Below, one piece after another: positions 40,510 to 53,113 of a DNA stretch of 59,551 nt (positions within the stretch are counted from its first letter, which is position 1; every line of letters begins with the position of its first letter). The stretch covers positions 1-59,551 of the forward strand of contig CAUPSL010000040.1 in NCBI GenBank assembly GCA_963514005.1. Direction: 5' to 3'. Source of the DNA: Raja brachyura. Its lineage: Eukaryota. A model generated the notes under the pieces. It saw only the letters and a program-made list of their open reading frames with translations, ran no database searches and was not told the DNA's origin. The translations under genes and the position numbers were made by a program.

Positions 40510-40750
40510 AATGATTTTCAAGTTAATAATGAAAATATATAAAATTAATAATAATAATAATAATAATAATGATAATAATGATAATGATAATATCCGTATT
40601 AGTGTTAATATTAATATTAAAACAATACTAATAATTAATAAATTAATACAACAATTAATATTCAAATTAATATTAATCAAATTTATCATATTAATATTAA
40701 TATTATAGTATGCTATAATTTTTATTAATATTATTTATTAATAATAATAA
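40510..40750. repeat. AT-rich low-complexity / (AAT)n microsatellite
   Basis: aataataataat.. and attaat runs. Confidence 0.9.
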
Positions 40751-41004
40751 ACACCAAACATATTATTCCAAGTACTGAATGTGTATAGCCGTATTTTGCA
40801 ACGCATAGGTAATTCGAATTGAATGTTGGATTATCCGAAAGAACGCCAGTACTGTTGTATGAAAACTATGACAACTATATTTTCGTGAATCAAATGATTA
40901 AAAGCGGGTGCCATGGTGACTTCCTTGTTTTATTTTTTTAATATATATATTTAATATATGTTTATAAATATTTATTTCACTGTTTACCTATTGATTCTAG
41001 ATAT

Positions 41005-41442
41005 CGGAATTGTACTCACTGGAATTTAGAAAATTGAGGGGGGATCTTATAGAAACTTACAGAATTCTTAAGGGGTTGGACAAGCTAGATGCAGGAAGAT
41101 TGTTTCCGATGTTGGGGGAGTCCAGAACAAGGGGTCACAGTCTAAGGATAAGGGGGAATTCCTTTAAGACCGAGAAGAGGAAAACATTAATTACACAGAG
41201 AGTGGTGAGTCTCTGGAATTCTCTGCCACAGAAGGTCGTTGAGGCCAGTTCATTGGCAATATTCAATAGGGAGTTGGATGTGGCTCTTGTGGCTTAAGGG
41301 ATCAGAGGGTATGGAGAAAAGGCAGTTGCGGGATACTGAGTTGGATGATCAGCCATGATCATATTGCATGGCGGTGCTGGCTCGAAGGGCCGAATGGCCT
41401 ACTTCTGGACCTTTTTTTCCATGTTTTTTCTATGTTTCTATG
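41005..41442 (+). mobile_element. CR1 3' end
   Basis: YSLEFRKLRGDLIETYRILKG; near-identical to 11625-12055. Confidence 0.92.
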
Positions 41443-42512
41443 AATGTCTGGATGAACAAATGCGATAGATCCAAATCGCACACTGTAGACGTTTCTTCTA
41501 TTCAAAGCTACCCGTGTGAGATTAAACACAGATCGTGTAACCATTTCATCTGACAATGACCCTTTGAAACTCGAACAGTGCATGTTCGCGCTTTTACTAA
41601 GAGAACCTAATATTACGTCAAGAAAAATGGAACAGCCTATCTCCGACTGTTGCGACATTCTTGTCTTGAGCAATTAATTGGAACATATTCATAGCACAAT
41701 ACCCTTACATTATCCTCTCCATCAACTGGAAGCAACCAAAATCACCGTACGCTCTTTATGTATGTTGGCGGAGGTTTCGTATAGTTATTGAACGCGTCGT
41801 TTCCAAAATGTTCCTGCGTCCTCCATCGTGTACATTTTCTGATTCTTCCTTCACTAGCTAAATACCAGCATTTTCGTAATAGGGCATACCTGCAAGCTTC
41901 TAATTCTCATATTTTTGGGGCCCGCACCTTCACTTCCGAACCTTCTGAACTACAAGCAACAAGTGCAATCGAAATCGCTTGATCATCGCTGTGAGCTTTA
42001 TAAAAAAATATACTGCCAACATTAGCATTTGTTTCTGAACAGCCCAGTGAAGATTACTAGGCTAATAACTAGTAGATTTTTTTGGTTGTGATTTTAGATA
42101 ATGCGCATACACCAGGCATTGTTTCTGGCATGGATTTAACAACCATGTCGTGCTGAATATTATTTCTTGACATGTAGACAGAACAAGGTGAAAGGGTGCG
42201 GCGAACGCATTATTTGCCAATTTAATCTAACGATATATCCAGGACATCAGTAGAGTGATAGGCACGCAATTGTTTAATAGTGAGGCAAGGCATTGATTAA
42301 TCTAAGTAATGTACATCAACAGTTGCACTGTGTGACTGGCAGTTAAAAGTGTAGTATTTCAAAAGAGCCCCTCACGCCCCCCCCCCGCCCCCGCCCCCAT
42401 CCATAATTCACTCATTCATTCTATGTGTGTTAACACACAATAAGATAGACACATTCATCGAAGTAGTGCCAGCCTTTACTGTCAGAAATATCCCATCGTG
42501 GAAATACGTTAC

Positions 42513-42539
42513 CTTGCTTCGTTTGCTTGAAACTTTCCG
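42513..42539 (-). CDS. Micro-exon, 27 nt, (A)ESFKQTKQ
   Basis: taatcatag|CGGAAAGTTTCAAGCAAACGAAGCAAG|gtaacg. Confidence 0.6.
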
Positions 42540-42759
42540 CTATGATTAATTGTATTAACGTTAGATTAATATTTCCACCTGTGCAATAAATACCAGCATC
42601 CTGCATGCAGACTATTACTTTGGCCATTTCGCTTTCTAAATTAACTTAGCGGACGTGATAAGTACATTTAACTTTCGGACGATATTGGTAATTATCAAAT
42701 ATTGAATCGGTGTGCTTCATTGTAAGCAGATACAGAAATGTAGTTATGACGTTGTCAAA

Positions 42760-43530
42760 TACTTATTAAAACTCTGATCTTGTGCATCTGTGTAAGTGTG
42801 TGTATGTATGTGGTTGGCTTTACATCTTCGACAAAAAACTACGTGGTATCGATAACATTATCACACATTTCCGTTGAGATTTTTCCAGTCGGGTCCGGGA
42901 TAACATTATCTGAACATTTCATACTTTGTTTCTCGAGTTATTGGTGATTAAAGCTTAAAAACATCAAAATACCTAAAAATTAAAATCACCAGCTTCAAAT
43001 GATGAAGTCACAATGATTCAGTTAGCAGAGACCACCCCGAATAAAAATTTCATCCTATATTTCACAAGTTATTCGCGATTACAGCTTAAACACTGCCAAC
43101 GTTCAGAAGATTTTTAACGTATTATGTATAGCCATTAAAGCTTTACAAATACCACCTTTCACAAGATATTTACATATTCTGATTTACATTTTCCCCCACG
43201 AGGCTTTCACTTTCACTGGACATTTTATGCTTTATTTCCGAACTATTATTGATTAATTACCGACCATCTTCAAATTATGAATTATTTCAATTCCAAGCCA
43301 ACCAGCTCCAAATGATGACGTCACAATAGCTCGACAAGAAGTGGGAGGGCGAATTGCTATTGCAACAAGCAGGGAAGTGCAATTGGATTTTTTTTAAGAC
43401 TACTGCTGAGGAAGGCGAGGGGAGTGCTGGAATGTTAAATTTGGGAAAGGCTTGCTTTGGACGACCACACCTGTCATGGGGCTACTGGTAGGGAACGGGT
43501 GCGTTGGATGAGCAGACCTGCAGTTCGTCT
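42760..43530. mobile_element. Unclassified old non-autonomous element, possibly Helitron-like
   Basis: 5' (TG)-rich microsatellite, internal dispersed repeats (accagct.caaatgatga.gtcacaat at ~42988 and ~43301), GC-rich 3' end. Confidence 0.3.
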
Positions 43531-43960
43531 TTATTAAATCTCTGAGGCAAATATGTCGGCATCTTATGTATTTAATTAACTTCCACCGAAAGATACAATT
43601 AAATTGACAAGATAATTTGGTTCTACCAAATATCTAAAAATATAGATTGCGGTTTTCATTATTGTCGTCAATTGACCTATTTTGTGCATTGTAAAATCTA
43701 TAGTTTACTCATATCGAACTCAAAGGAACGAACTCGTCTCAAAACCGCATTATTCTTTGTGGGCTCTGTGCCTTTGTGTCATTTAACTGCACCTTAAGAT
43801 ATCACATGTAAATGATCGTATTTGGTATCTGTGTGTAAAGTAAAGATAGTTTACGTGCGATATTGATTGTCTAACGTGACAGCAGAACAATCATGGTAAC
43901 GTGTCATGAAATATGGCAAACGAACGGGATATAATTCCAGAGGAGGAATAATGACCTTAC

Positions 43961-43987
43961 CGACATCAGTCTGCAGTCTCTTTAGAT
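43961..43987 (-). CDS. Micro-exon, 27 nt, (D)LKRLQTDV
   Basis: atttcgcttcag|ATCTAAAGAGACTGCAGACTGATGTCG|gtaagg. Confidence 0.8.
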
Positions 43988-45647
43988 CTGAAGCGAAATA
44001 AATCTAATATTAGTTCTGTATTTCATTTATATTGTAAGCGAGATAAGAAAGGGGCTCATTAGTTTTTGAATACGATTACAGTGCTTTGCAAGATCAAACG
44101 ATCGGCTTTGCTATTGATCACAAGGAAAGCTGCCATCGTGATTCTGTCATAGACGCTAATTCGCCAGGGTTTTGCTGAAAACTTCAATACTTGCTGCAAG
44201 ACAATGTTCGAATTCTGGCATTGCCTATGAGTTATCCTCGTTATTCACCATTCTGTTTTCATATTGTGCCACTTTCTCGGACACCACACCAGCCAATTAG
44301 CCTTGCCAATTATTTTCGCGCTCAAGATCCTTTCAGCAAATCAGCTTTGCGTTTCTGCCATGCGAACATCTCTCTAGATATCACCGTCGCCATATCTATT
44401 CAACTTTGAAACGTTTTAATTACACCTTACTGTTTTGTCGTCTGTCCGGAAATGTTATATATCCCCAGATTTCACATAATGTTGAGTTTTTGTGCCAGCT
44501 AGTAATATATTTGTGATGCGTAATTTCACATTACATTGTCCCTTATCCCACATATTATTATTCCTTGTTGTAAACAGTGTCTCCACATGGCTGCCCGAAT
44601 TGTTTGAACTCGGATGAATAATTTTAACTAAAAATAACATGAACCTTACATTGCTGCAATCGGATATCGGGATTTCGTTTATCCTGCTTCTAGATGCCTG
44701 AAAACGTTCCACAATACCTGCCTACATTAGTTATGGACACACGTATATATCCATGCGGCTTATCTTTGGAAACATTCTACCTCGCCGGAGTTCAAGGAAG
44801 AATCTGAAATGAGTTGGCAGAGACATTTATAAGAACGGGTGCAATTAGGACATTTCAAAAGTATTTGGGCGTATCTATGAATGTGTAGATATTGGAGGGC
44901 TGTCGGCCACATGCAGGTACAGGGTACTAGCACGGATTACCAACTTGCTCGCCATGGACACGGTCGGCCTAAACATGTATTTCCATGCAGCGGAGCTCCA
45001 TGTCTCTCCGGCTGCAGAATTCAACAGAATAAAATGACCATGAGACACACAAAAGTACCTCCTATAAAATACCTCATGTGACTGAAATAAGGATCCACTG
45101 AGTGCGTGTATTATATGCACCTTTCACGGTGTTGCTTTGAAAGAGCACCACAAGTTTGATTGGTGAAAATGGAAACCGGGGATTATTACATGACATTATT
45201 GTGTAAGCATATATTTAATCAGGAATACATAATTAAACTGCAAGTGGGAATGCGGCAATAACGGCCTTAATTAGTCCAAATGAAGCTATAATATATAACA
45301 CAAAACATATGAAATATTCCCGCTGAAATATTATCAGTCTCTCTAACTTATTGTAGATTATTTATTTCAACTTTGTTGAATTGGAATTAATCTAAGGAAA
45401 AGTCTCCAGGGAATAAGTGAGTCTCCGTTAATACCTACATGCACAGTTTACATACAGCAGTCTAATTTAACTAGGCAGTGGCAATATTGAACACATTTGT
45501 TCTGCTTCTCAAAAGTGAAGGTTGAACATCGGAAACAAGCACCTGTTCTTTAAAATTAATGCATTGGACATATTAAGCAATGCTAATCAGCTACATATAA
45601 ATTTACCAAGACGCGTGAAAACTATTTCGGGGAAACGGTATTTTTAC

Positions 45648-45665
45648 CTCCTCTGAATTCCCTTG
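45648..45665 (-). CDS. Micro-exon, 18 nt, (T)REFRG
   Basis: tgtttgcag|CAAGGGAATTCAGAGGAG|gtaaaa. Confidence 0.55.
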
Positions 45666-46420
45666 CTGCAAACATTTGAAAACAAAAATGAGATGAGTCG
45701 GCAGAGCATTGTGAAAAACTAACTAAAGCGCATGAATACTAGAACTCAACTAGAAATCATAACAACGGTGATTCGGGTTGAGTTTTAGAGGGTGTCGCCG
45801 CAGGAATCCATACATATCGTGCTTATGTGCATAACTAGTTTCGGACAGGTGCAGGTAGAAAAAAAATGTACACCTGCAGTGTGAATTGTTGATTAGAAGC
45901 CACTGCGGCTGACGTCGTGCTTTGATACTTCAGAAACAATTGTCTGGCTTGTGGCAAAGTTCAGTGGTCAGGGTGGAATGCGCCAAACGGGATCAGCACC
46001 TCAAACGCCAATCCGAAAGCAATCACATTAGTCATTGTTTTCCAACTTTGTGTGCCACCCTACATCAGTTTCCTCTAAGTATTCCCACCGAACTAAGTCC
46101 GACGATACCTTTCATTCTTGCGTGTCGTTACCCAGCATCCACCTGCCATTAACTCTCCGCCTTTTTAGTCGTTGTTATCCTCCACCCTCTCCCAATCAGC
46201 CATAATCTGTTGTTCTTATCGTCCCACTCCCACTCTCCACTATGCTGGTTATCCCCACTTTCCCTTTTATTTCCTCGGTCCTTCTGCAGGGTTTCATCCG
46301 AGAGGTAAACCATTCTCCACCCCACCCCCCAACCCCAAAGTTCCTACTCAAATTTTAGCTATAAAATAGTCGTCTTAGTAACAATATATTGAAAACGATT
46401 AAAGGGTTTGAGTAGCTTAC

Positions 46421-46456
46421 TGATATCAGCGAGAGCCTTCTTCAAGGTATCCACTT
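46421..46456 (-). CDS. Micro-exon, 36 nt, (E)VDTLKKALADI
   Basis: cattttag|AAGTGGATACCTTGAAGAAGGCTCTCGCTGATATCA|gtaagc; paralogous to 34654-34689. Confidence 0.85.
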
Positions 46457-46499
46457 CTAAAATGTTTGAAAAGAAAACATCAATAGTTGCATTCCCTTA

Positions 46500-46800
46500 C
46501 CAGGTTATGGGGAACCAAAGATCAGAGCGCATAAGTTTAAGGTGAAGGGAGAATTATGTAATAGTAACCAGGGGGCTTTCTTGGCGAGCAAACAGTGGTG
46601 GGTGTATGGAGCGAGTTGACAGAAGAGGTAGTGGAGGCAGGGACTATTACAAAGTTTAAAATAAAGCTACATGATTAGGACAAATTTTGGATGGATATGG
46701 GCCAAATGTCGTCAGGTGGGACTCGTGTCGATGGGACATGCTGGTTGGTGTGGGCAAATTGGGCCAAAAGGCCTATTTCCAGGCTGAATTACTCCATGAT
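46500..46800 (+). mobile_element. CR1-like 3' fragment
   Basis: agtggtgggtgtatggagcgagttg..gaggtagtggaggcagg; homologous to 15330-15390. Confidence 0.65.
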
Positions 46801-47908
46801 TAAAGTTTTTTTAAGCGTGTCACAATTAATTAATTGAATGGGTGCTACATTTTGTTCCGCTCAAATGCTTTCGTCATATGCAACGTTTTTTTAGAATAAT
46901 TAGTATAATATAATTCGCTTGTACGTAAACATAGAATAGTGAAGCACAGGAACAGGCCTTCCGCTCACAATGCGTTGTGCATTCAGAAGCTATTTCGTGT
47001 TTTGGTTTATTGAGCTATGCTCTATTTAGTTTCCACTAACAGAACGGCACTGTCGAACGTCGCTAGACTACGTTCGTGGTTTGGTCTATTGCAACATTTA
47101 GGGAATAGTGTCCAGATAAATTCAATAACAGAAATATGAGCTAAATGCAGTTTTGGTGATAAATAATAAATGACAGGAAACTCGGAATTGAGATATACAT
47201 GGTGAGTGTGTAGGACTGCAGGTGCAGGGTTACATCGAAGAAGGAAACAAAATGCTGTAATAACACAGCGGGACAGAAGCATCTCTGTCGAGAAGGAATG
47301 GGTGACGTTTCTGGTCGAGACCCTTCAGGAACCTAGCGTCAGGGACATCCATGTGGAGAGATTTGAAAAGCTCGTGGCATCCAATTAAGTATATCCTGCA
47401 CATTCTACCAAATGCCATTTTAAATACAGACGAAGAATGTCTGCTTTCTTTTAAGAAACATGCAAATTGCAACGAACCGTCGATGGTTCCGACACTGTCT
47501 ATGGTCCATTTTGAAATAGAAAGCTACGGATGTTCATGGTTTCATTAGTTGTATTAGTCATGGAGGTGCTGATTCCTGAAAGAGCGGAGAGGATTTCCTT
47601 TAGCAAAGCGTGTTCGTTACTCGAGGAAAAGAAAAATGCAAATTTCGCTAAATATATATATTAAATAATTATTTGTTTAATTTCGAGCAACGTCCTGTTA
47701 ATGTTTCTTGTTTTACGGTGTGGCAGTGTCAATATGTGTTGATGTTTCTACTTGGAAAGAGCTTCAATAAAATAAATTGCGGTCAGATCAACACAAAATA
47801 GCTTAACGTTAATCAAAACAGAATCGAATTGCGTATAGATGCGTCAAAAGCCGTGTTTGATTTAAATTATATCCGGAAATCAAATACAAAATAATGCATG
47901 TCACTCAC

Positions 47909-47935
47909 CTTGTGCTTTTTCTATAAGCGTTCTTT
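47909..47935 (-). CDS. Micro-exon, 27 nt, (E)RTLIEKAQ
   Basis: ttcctgtcgtcgttcacag|AAAGAACGCTTATAGAAAAAGCACAAG|gtgagt. Confidence 0.8.
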
Positions 47936-47940
47936 CTGTG

Positions 47941-49677
47941 AACGACGACAGGAAATAACAACGTTTCCTCTCTCCACTTAGGTCCTATGACGGTCTAGGT
48001 TTTTTAGCATTTCGGCATTTTCGAATTTAAATTCAGATATTTTTGTTATTTTTGTTATTTGTGTTATTTTTGCTTTTCAGATAATGTGTAGATGTATAGT
48101 GGCATTATATTTGGAAAGTAAAGCAAGACTATTGCGATCGAGATTATTGAGCGTTTCTATTACAGTCGATTATCGTAACATAGATATTGATTTAACTGAT
48201 TGGATTTGATTTGTCCAAGGGGCGAAAATATATATTACTGAAGAGAAGATAACCTTCAATATTCCCTGCTATGATTCTTTTGTCCAAAGAAAGATGGCAA
48301 ACTTCATTTGGAGGGGTTGTGAAGCGGGGGCATGATTCAGACGATAAATTATATTGAACAAGCAATTGAATCATCAAATCAAAGAAGGCTGTAGATCGTG
48401 TACAGGAAAACGCTGGCGTAAATGGTGAATGTTGCGATGTCATAGTCATACAGTCATAGAGCGGGACAGCATGCAAACAGGTCCTTGGACCCAATCTGCA
48501 CACACAGGCCAACATATGCCAAACTGCCTGCGTTTGGTCCACATCCCCCCAATCCGGTCCTATCCATCTAGCACCTTGGCCAACTTTTTCCGTCCACCCG
48601 CCACGTTTTATGTGATAACTTGAACCCTCAGATTCCTATTATTTTTATGTTGGCATAATTCATTTATTGTGTCAATAATTGGGCCATCTACATCTAAAAT
48701 ACAAATCACATTCTTGAACAGTTTTTTTTTTAACTGGAGTGTACCAAAACGTAGGTTTTTCACCGTATCTTGTTAGTCGTCACAATAAACATAAACTAAA
48801 TTCAAGCTCGACTGCCACAAATTTTCCCTTTCTTGTCCTAATCTTGTTGTGCAACGTATAACTTTGCAACTTATTTTCGTATTTTTCGAATTCATATCAT
48901 ACTTTTCATGTTTCTATTTACGTATTGTGATACATGCTGAAGCACCATAAAAGGAGAAAATATATTGCCTGGGGTGCTAACGAAGATAACGACGACAGGA
49001 AATAATAACGTTTCCTCTCTCCACTTAGGTCTTATGACGTCTAGGTTTTTTAACATTTCGGCATTTTCGAATTTAAATTCCGATATTTTTGTTATTTTTG
49101 TTATTTTTGTTATTTTTGCTTTTCAGATAATGTATAGTGGCATTATATTTGGAAAGTAAACCAAGACTATTGCGATCGAGATTATTGTGCGTTTTAATTA
49201 CAGTTGATTATCGTAACTTTCTTATTGATTTAACTGATTGTATTTGATTTCTCCAAGGAACGAAAATATATATTACTGGAGAGAAGATAACCTTCAATAT
49301 TCCCTGCTATGATTCTTTTGTCCAAAGAAAGATGGCAAACTTCATTTGGAGGAGGTGTGGGGCGGGGCATGATTCAGACGCTAAATTATATTGAACAGGC
49401 AATTGAATCATCAAATCAAAGAACGCTGTAGGTCGTGTACAGAAAAACGCTGGCTTAACTGGTGAATGTTGCGATGTCATAGTCATAGAGTCATAGAGTG
49501 GGACAACATGCAAACAGGTCCTTGGACCCAATCTCCACACACAGGACAACATATGCCAAACTGCCTGCGTTTGATCCACATCCCCCCAATCCGGTCCTAT
49601 CCATCTAGCACCTTGGCCAACTTGTTCCGTCCACCCGCCACCTTTTATGTGATAACTTTACCCTCAGATTCCTATTA
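47941..49677 (+). repeat. Local direct duplication of ~700 bp (47941-48641 and 48988-49677)
   Basis: Colinear high identity, reflected in twin ORFs 48192-48542/49307-49579 and 48429-48623/49466-49903; includes unique intronic sequence and a SINE-like fragment. Confidence 0.95.
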
Positions 49678-49822
49678 CATATTTTCCCTTCACATTAAAC
49701 GCATGTCCTCTGCTCCTCGATTCACCTACTCTAGGCAACAGACTCCATGCATCTATCGCCGAAATATTTTACTATGCTATGTGATGCGATTTGATTTTTA
49801 TGTCAATAGAAAAATGGCTCAC

Positions 49823-49858
49823 CCATTGCTTTCACGGTCTTTTCCAGTTCGTCAAATT
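49823..49858 (-). CDS. Micro-exon, 36 nt, (E)FDELEKTVKAM
   Basis: tttttatttcgcag|AATTTGACGAACTGGAAAAGACCGTGAAAGCAATGG|gtgagc. Confidence 0.85.
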
Positions 49859-49974
49859 CTGCGAAATAAAAATGTTCGAACATTTACTTGGCCGACTATA
49901 TGATAAAAAAAAATATTTCTAAAATAACACGGACGGATATCACACATTGATATAACACGCACGGATATCGAGAT

Positions 49975-50530
49975 ACAAGATACATGTATGTGTCAGATGT
50001 GGCAGTTGGCACAGTGAAATGTGATCACCATACAGCCGTATAATCAAAATAAAGAACTCAACACACGATGGAGTTCAACATAAAACATCCCCACACAGAA
50101 GATTCAAAAGTTTCCCACTGTGAGGGAAGGCACCAAAGTCAGTCATCTCCCTCTAATATTTCTGATGTTCACCCGTGGTCGGGGCCTCCCCGAGCCCTCC
50201 GCAGTCGCCACTACGGACGGCCCGATGTTCAGCTCCGTTTGCCGGGATGATGGAACTCGGACGTCGGGACTGGATGACATCCTCAGCTGCCTGGACATCC
50301 GAGTCGGGCACCTCCGACCGGAGTCCGCGGCTCCCAAAGTCCGCAAGCCGCGCTGGGCGGAGATGCAACGCTGGCGGCCCTCGGCAAAGGGCCCCAGGAC
50401 TCCACGATGTTGTTCAGCGCTGCGCTGGGAGCTCTCCCAAACCCCAGCTCCGCGATATTGGAGCAACGGCCCAACGCCCCGGAGCACCAAACGACGACCA
50501 GGTAGGCATCGCCTAACGGCGACTCAAGGA
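49975..50530 (-). mobile_element. Short GC-rich non-autonomous retroposon-like element
   Basis: GC-rich body, (TGTATCT)-like tail on the minus strand; architecture resembles 1148-1620. Confidence 0.55.
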
Positions 50531-50559
50531 GGCATCAAAAAAAGGCTTCAGATATATTA

Positions 50560-52335
50560 CTTTATACATTAATATACCAAGAAATACCAGAAATAATACG
50601 AGAAATCCTACAAACAGAATGGAACAGAATCCCATGTTCTTTTGCATATTAAATATTGTGGGCGGTATTGTGGTACAGTAAAGTTAGTCCCTGGTGAGAT
50701 AGGAGTTTACACGATTAATGGCCTCTGGGAATAAACTTCTTTTCAACCTCTCCGTTCTCACAGCATGGCAGCGGAGGCGTTTGCCTGACCGTAGCAGTTG
50801 GAACAGTCCGTTGCAACGGTGTAAGGGGTCTCCCATTATCGTATTGGCTCTGGAGTTGCACCTCCTGATGTATAGTTACTGCATAGGGGCGACATAAGTT
50901 CCCATAGTGCGTTCGGCCAACGCACTACTCTCTGCAGAGCTTTCTTGCCCTGGGCAGAGTAATTCCCAAACCAGATTGTAATATTCCGGCAAGATGTTTC
51001 CACAGCCCCTGAGTGGAAGCACTGGAGAATCCTCGGAGAATTTCGTCAATTGCCCGAGGTGGTAAAGGCGCTGCCTTGCCTTACTCACCAGTGCTGCAGC
51101 GTGTGATGTCCATGTCATATCCTCAGAGATGTGGACTCCCAGGTATTAAAAACAGCTCACTCTATCCACAGTATCCCCAGTTATGCTCAATGGTGTGTAC
51201 GTCCTCGGATGATGTGCCCTGCACGATCAGATCCTTAGTTTGTATGATGTTCAAGAGGAGGCTGTTGTCCTGACACCAGAGTGCCAGATCAGCCACCTCC
51301 TCCCGGTACGCCTTCTCATCGTCGTCTGAGATCAGGCCCACCACCACAGTGTCATCAGCAAACGTGATAATCGAGTTGGAGCTGAACCTAACCACACAGT
51401 CATGTGTGTACAGGGAGTACAATAGGGGGCTGAGGACGCAACCTTGGGGATCCTGAGCTCAGTGTGAGGGACTTCGATGTATTCCCTCCATCTTCACTAC
51501 CTGGGGTCTGGAGGTGAGAAAGTCCAGGGCCCAGGCACACAGGGGGGTGTTGAGCTCTAATTCCAGTAGCTTCTCGGCCAGTCTTGTGGGGACTATCGTG
51601 TTGAAGGCTGAACTGAAGTCTATGAACAGCATCCTCACGTAGCCCCCCTTCTGGCTGGCAAGTTGAGAGAGAGCGGTGTGCAAAACGTGGGAAACCGCAT
51701 CGTCCGTGGATCCGTTCTGACGGTTTGCGAATTGTAACGGTTCCATGTTGCGAGGGAGAAAGGCGCAGATGTGTTTCTTCACCAGCCTCTCAAAGCATTT
51801 CATGACTACCGAGGTAAGGGCCACCGGACCGTAGTCATTCAGACAGGCTGGTGAGGCATTCGTTGGTACAGGTACAATGGTGGATTTTTTGAAGCAGGCA
51901 GGGACTACGGACTTGTCCAGGGAGAGGTTGAATATTGTAGTGAGCACCGGAGATAGCTGCGTAGCACAGAAAAAGTACTCGCCCCGAGATGCCATCGGGG
52001 ATTGCAGCTTTCCTCGTGTTCACCCGTGTCAGAGTCCTCCTCACATCGTGCTCGGACAGCGAGAATGTGTGAGCATTCCTCCCTGGACTATTGTCGATAG
52101 TCGGCAGACCTGGTGTGGTGTTGCCCATCTCGAAACGAGCGCAAAATGAGTTCCGGTCATCAGCTAGGGAGTTGCCGGCACTTGTGGATGAGGGTGGGGT
52201 GCTCCGGTAGTTGGATGCAGTCCGTAGCCCTTGCCACAGGTGTCAGGTGTCCTGCTGCTCCATCTGTGACTGCATCTTGTCCCTGTACCTCATTGTTGCG
52301 GCCTTCACCGCCCTTCGCAGTCGGTAGGACTCTAT
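50560..52335 (-). mobile_element. Rex1/Babar-clade LINE, decayed
   Basis: LNDYGPVALTSVVMKCFERLV, STDDAVS, YVRMLFIDFSSAFNTI, FADDTVVVGLISDDDEKAYREEV. Confidence 0.92.
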
Positions 52336-52419
52336 CTTGAATACGGCCATGCTTCTAGTGCCAGGCCGGAGTTGTTGGCAGCGGTGCGTGCATTCAAGGC
52401 AACACGAAGGGACCTGTCT

Positions 52420-52625
52420 ACCCTGGGTTGCTCCTCCAATTTCCGTTTGGCTTCACTCGGGCAATGGAGGAGGCCGAGCACAGAAAGATCAGTGTTGGAA
52501 TGGGAAGGGAAATTAAAATGTTTTGCAGCCCGGAGATTAGGTACGTCCAGAGAGACTGTGTGACGGTGTTCACCGAAACGATAGCCCAAACTACGTTTTG
52601 TCTCGCCGATATATAAGAACTTTTA
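52420..52625 (-). mobile_element. Penelope-like GIY-YIG endonuclease fragment
   Basis: YIGETKRSLGYRFGEH..AKHFNFPSHS..RKLEEQ. Confidence 0.8.
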
Positions 52626-53092
52626 TCAAGATGTTCCTCTTCGGTAATCGTTTCGTTTATATGCTCCATTTTTCTATATTCAGTGTGTTCAATAATAATA
52701 CTGAGCTGTAGCACGAATTGAATTTTACATGATTCATGGAATTACGGCGTGCAGGGGTTGCCTAGATTTTATGGCTCATAATCCTTGAATGCCACCTAAG
52801 ACATTAATGTATTACTAGTTATATATAGATTAGATATATACAATATATATTACAATACAATATATATATATATATCATTATTGACCCTTATCTGGTAGTG
52901 TGTTCCAGAATAAATGTATTCAATTCCAATCAATAATTTGAACACCAAACGTAGCCAGCAAGTAACTTATGTCAGTAAACAGCCAATGATCAAGCATGTT
53001 CATCCAGTAAGTGATCTGTGGGTACAAACTGGCTCACTGCACAAATACAGTTTAATTCAAACATTATTTTGGAATAAAATGAAAAGAAATAC

Positions 53093-53113
53093 CTTTTCTC
53101 GTAACTGGTCCGC
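53093..53113 (-). CDS. Micro-exon, 21 nt, (G)GPVTRK
   Basis: gtttggcag|GCGGACCAGTTACGAGAAAAG|gtattt; moderate splice sites. Confidence 0.45.

Noticed and set aside
40483-40708. Poly-N / poly-L ORFs
   Set aside because: Translation of (AAT)n low-complexity DNA.
41890-41949. 60-nt AG/GT-bounded segment with a good donor
   Set aside because: Has a stop in phase 1 and does not fit the array; left unannotated, though it could be a poison or alternative exon.
50068-50572. Cluster of overlapping GC-rich ORFs (similar clusters at 1122-1586 and 8506-9004)
   Set aside because: Open frames arise from low stop-codon frequency in GC-rich non-autonomous repeats; no protein motif.
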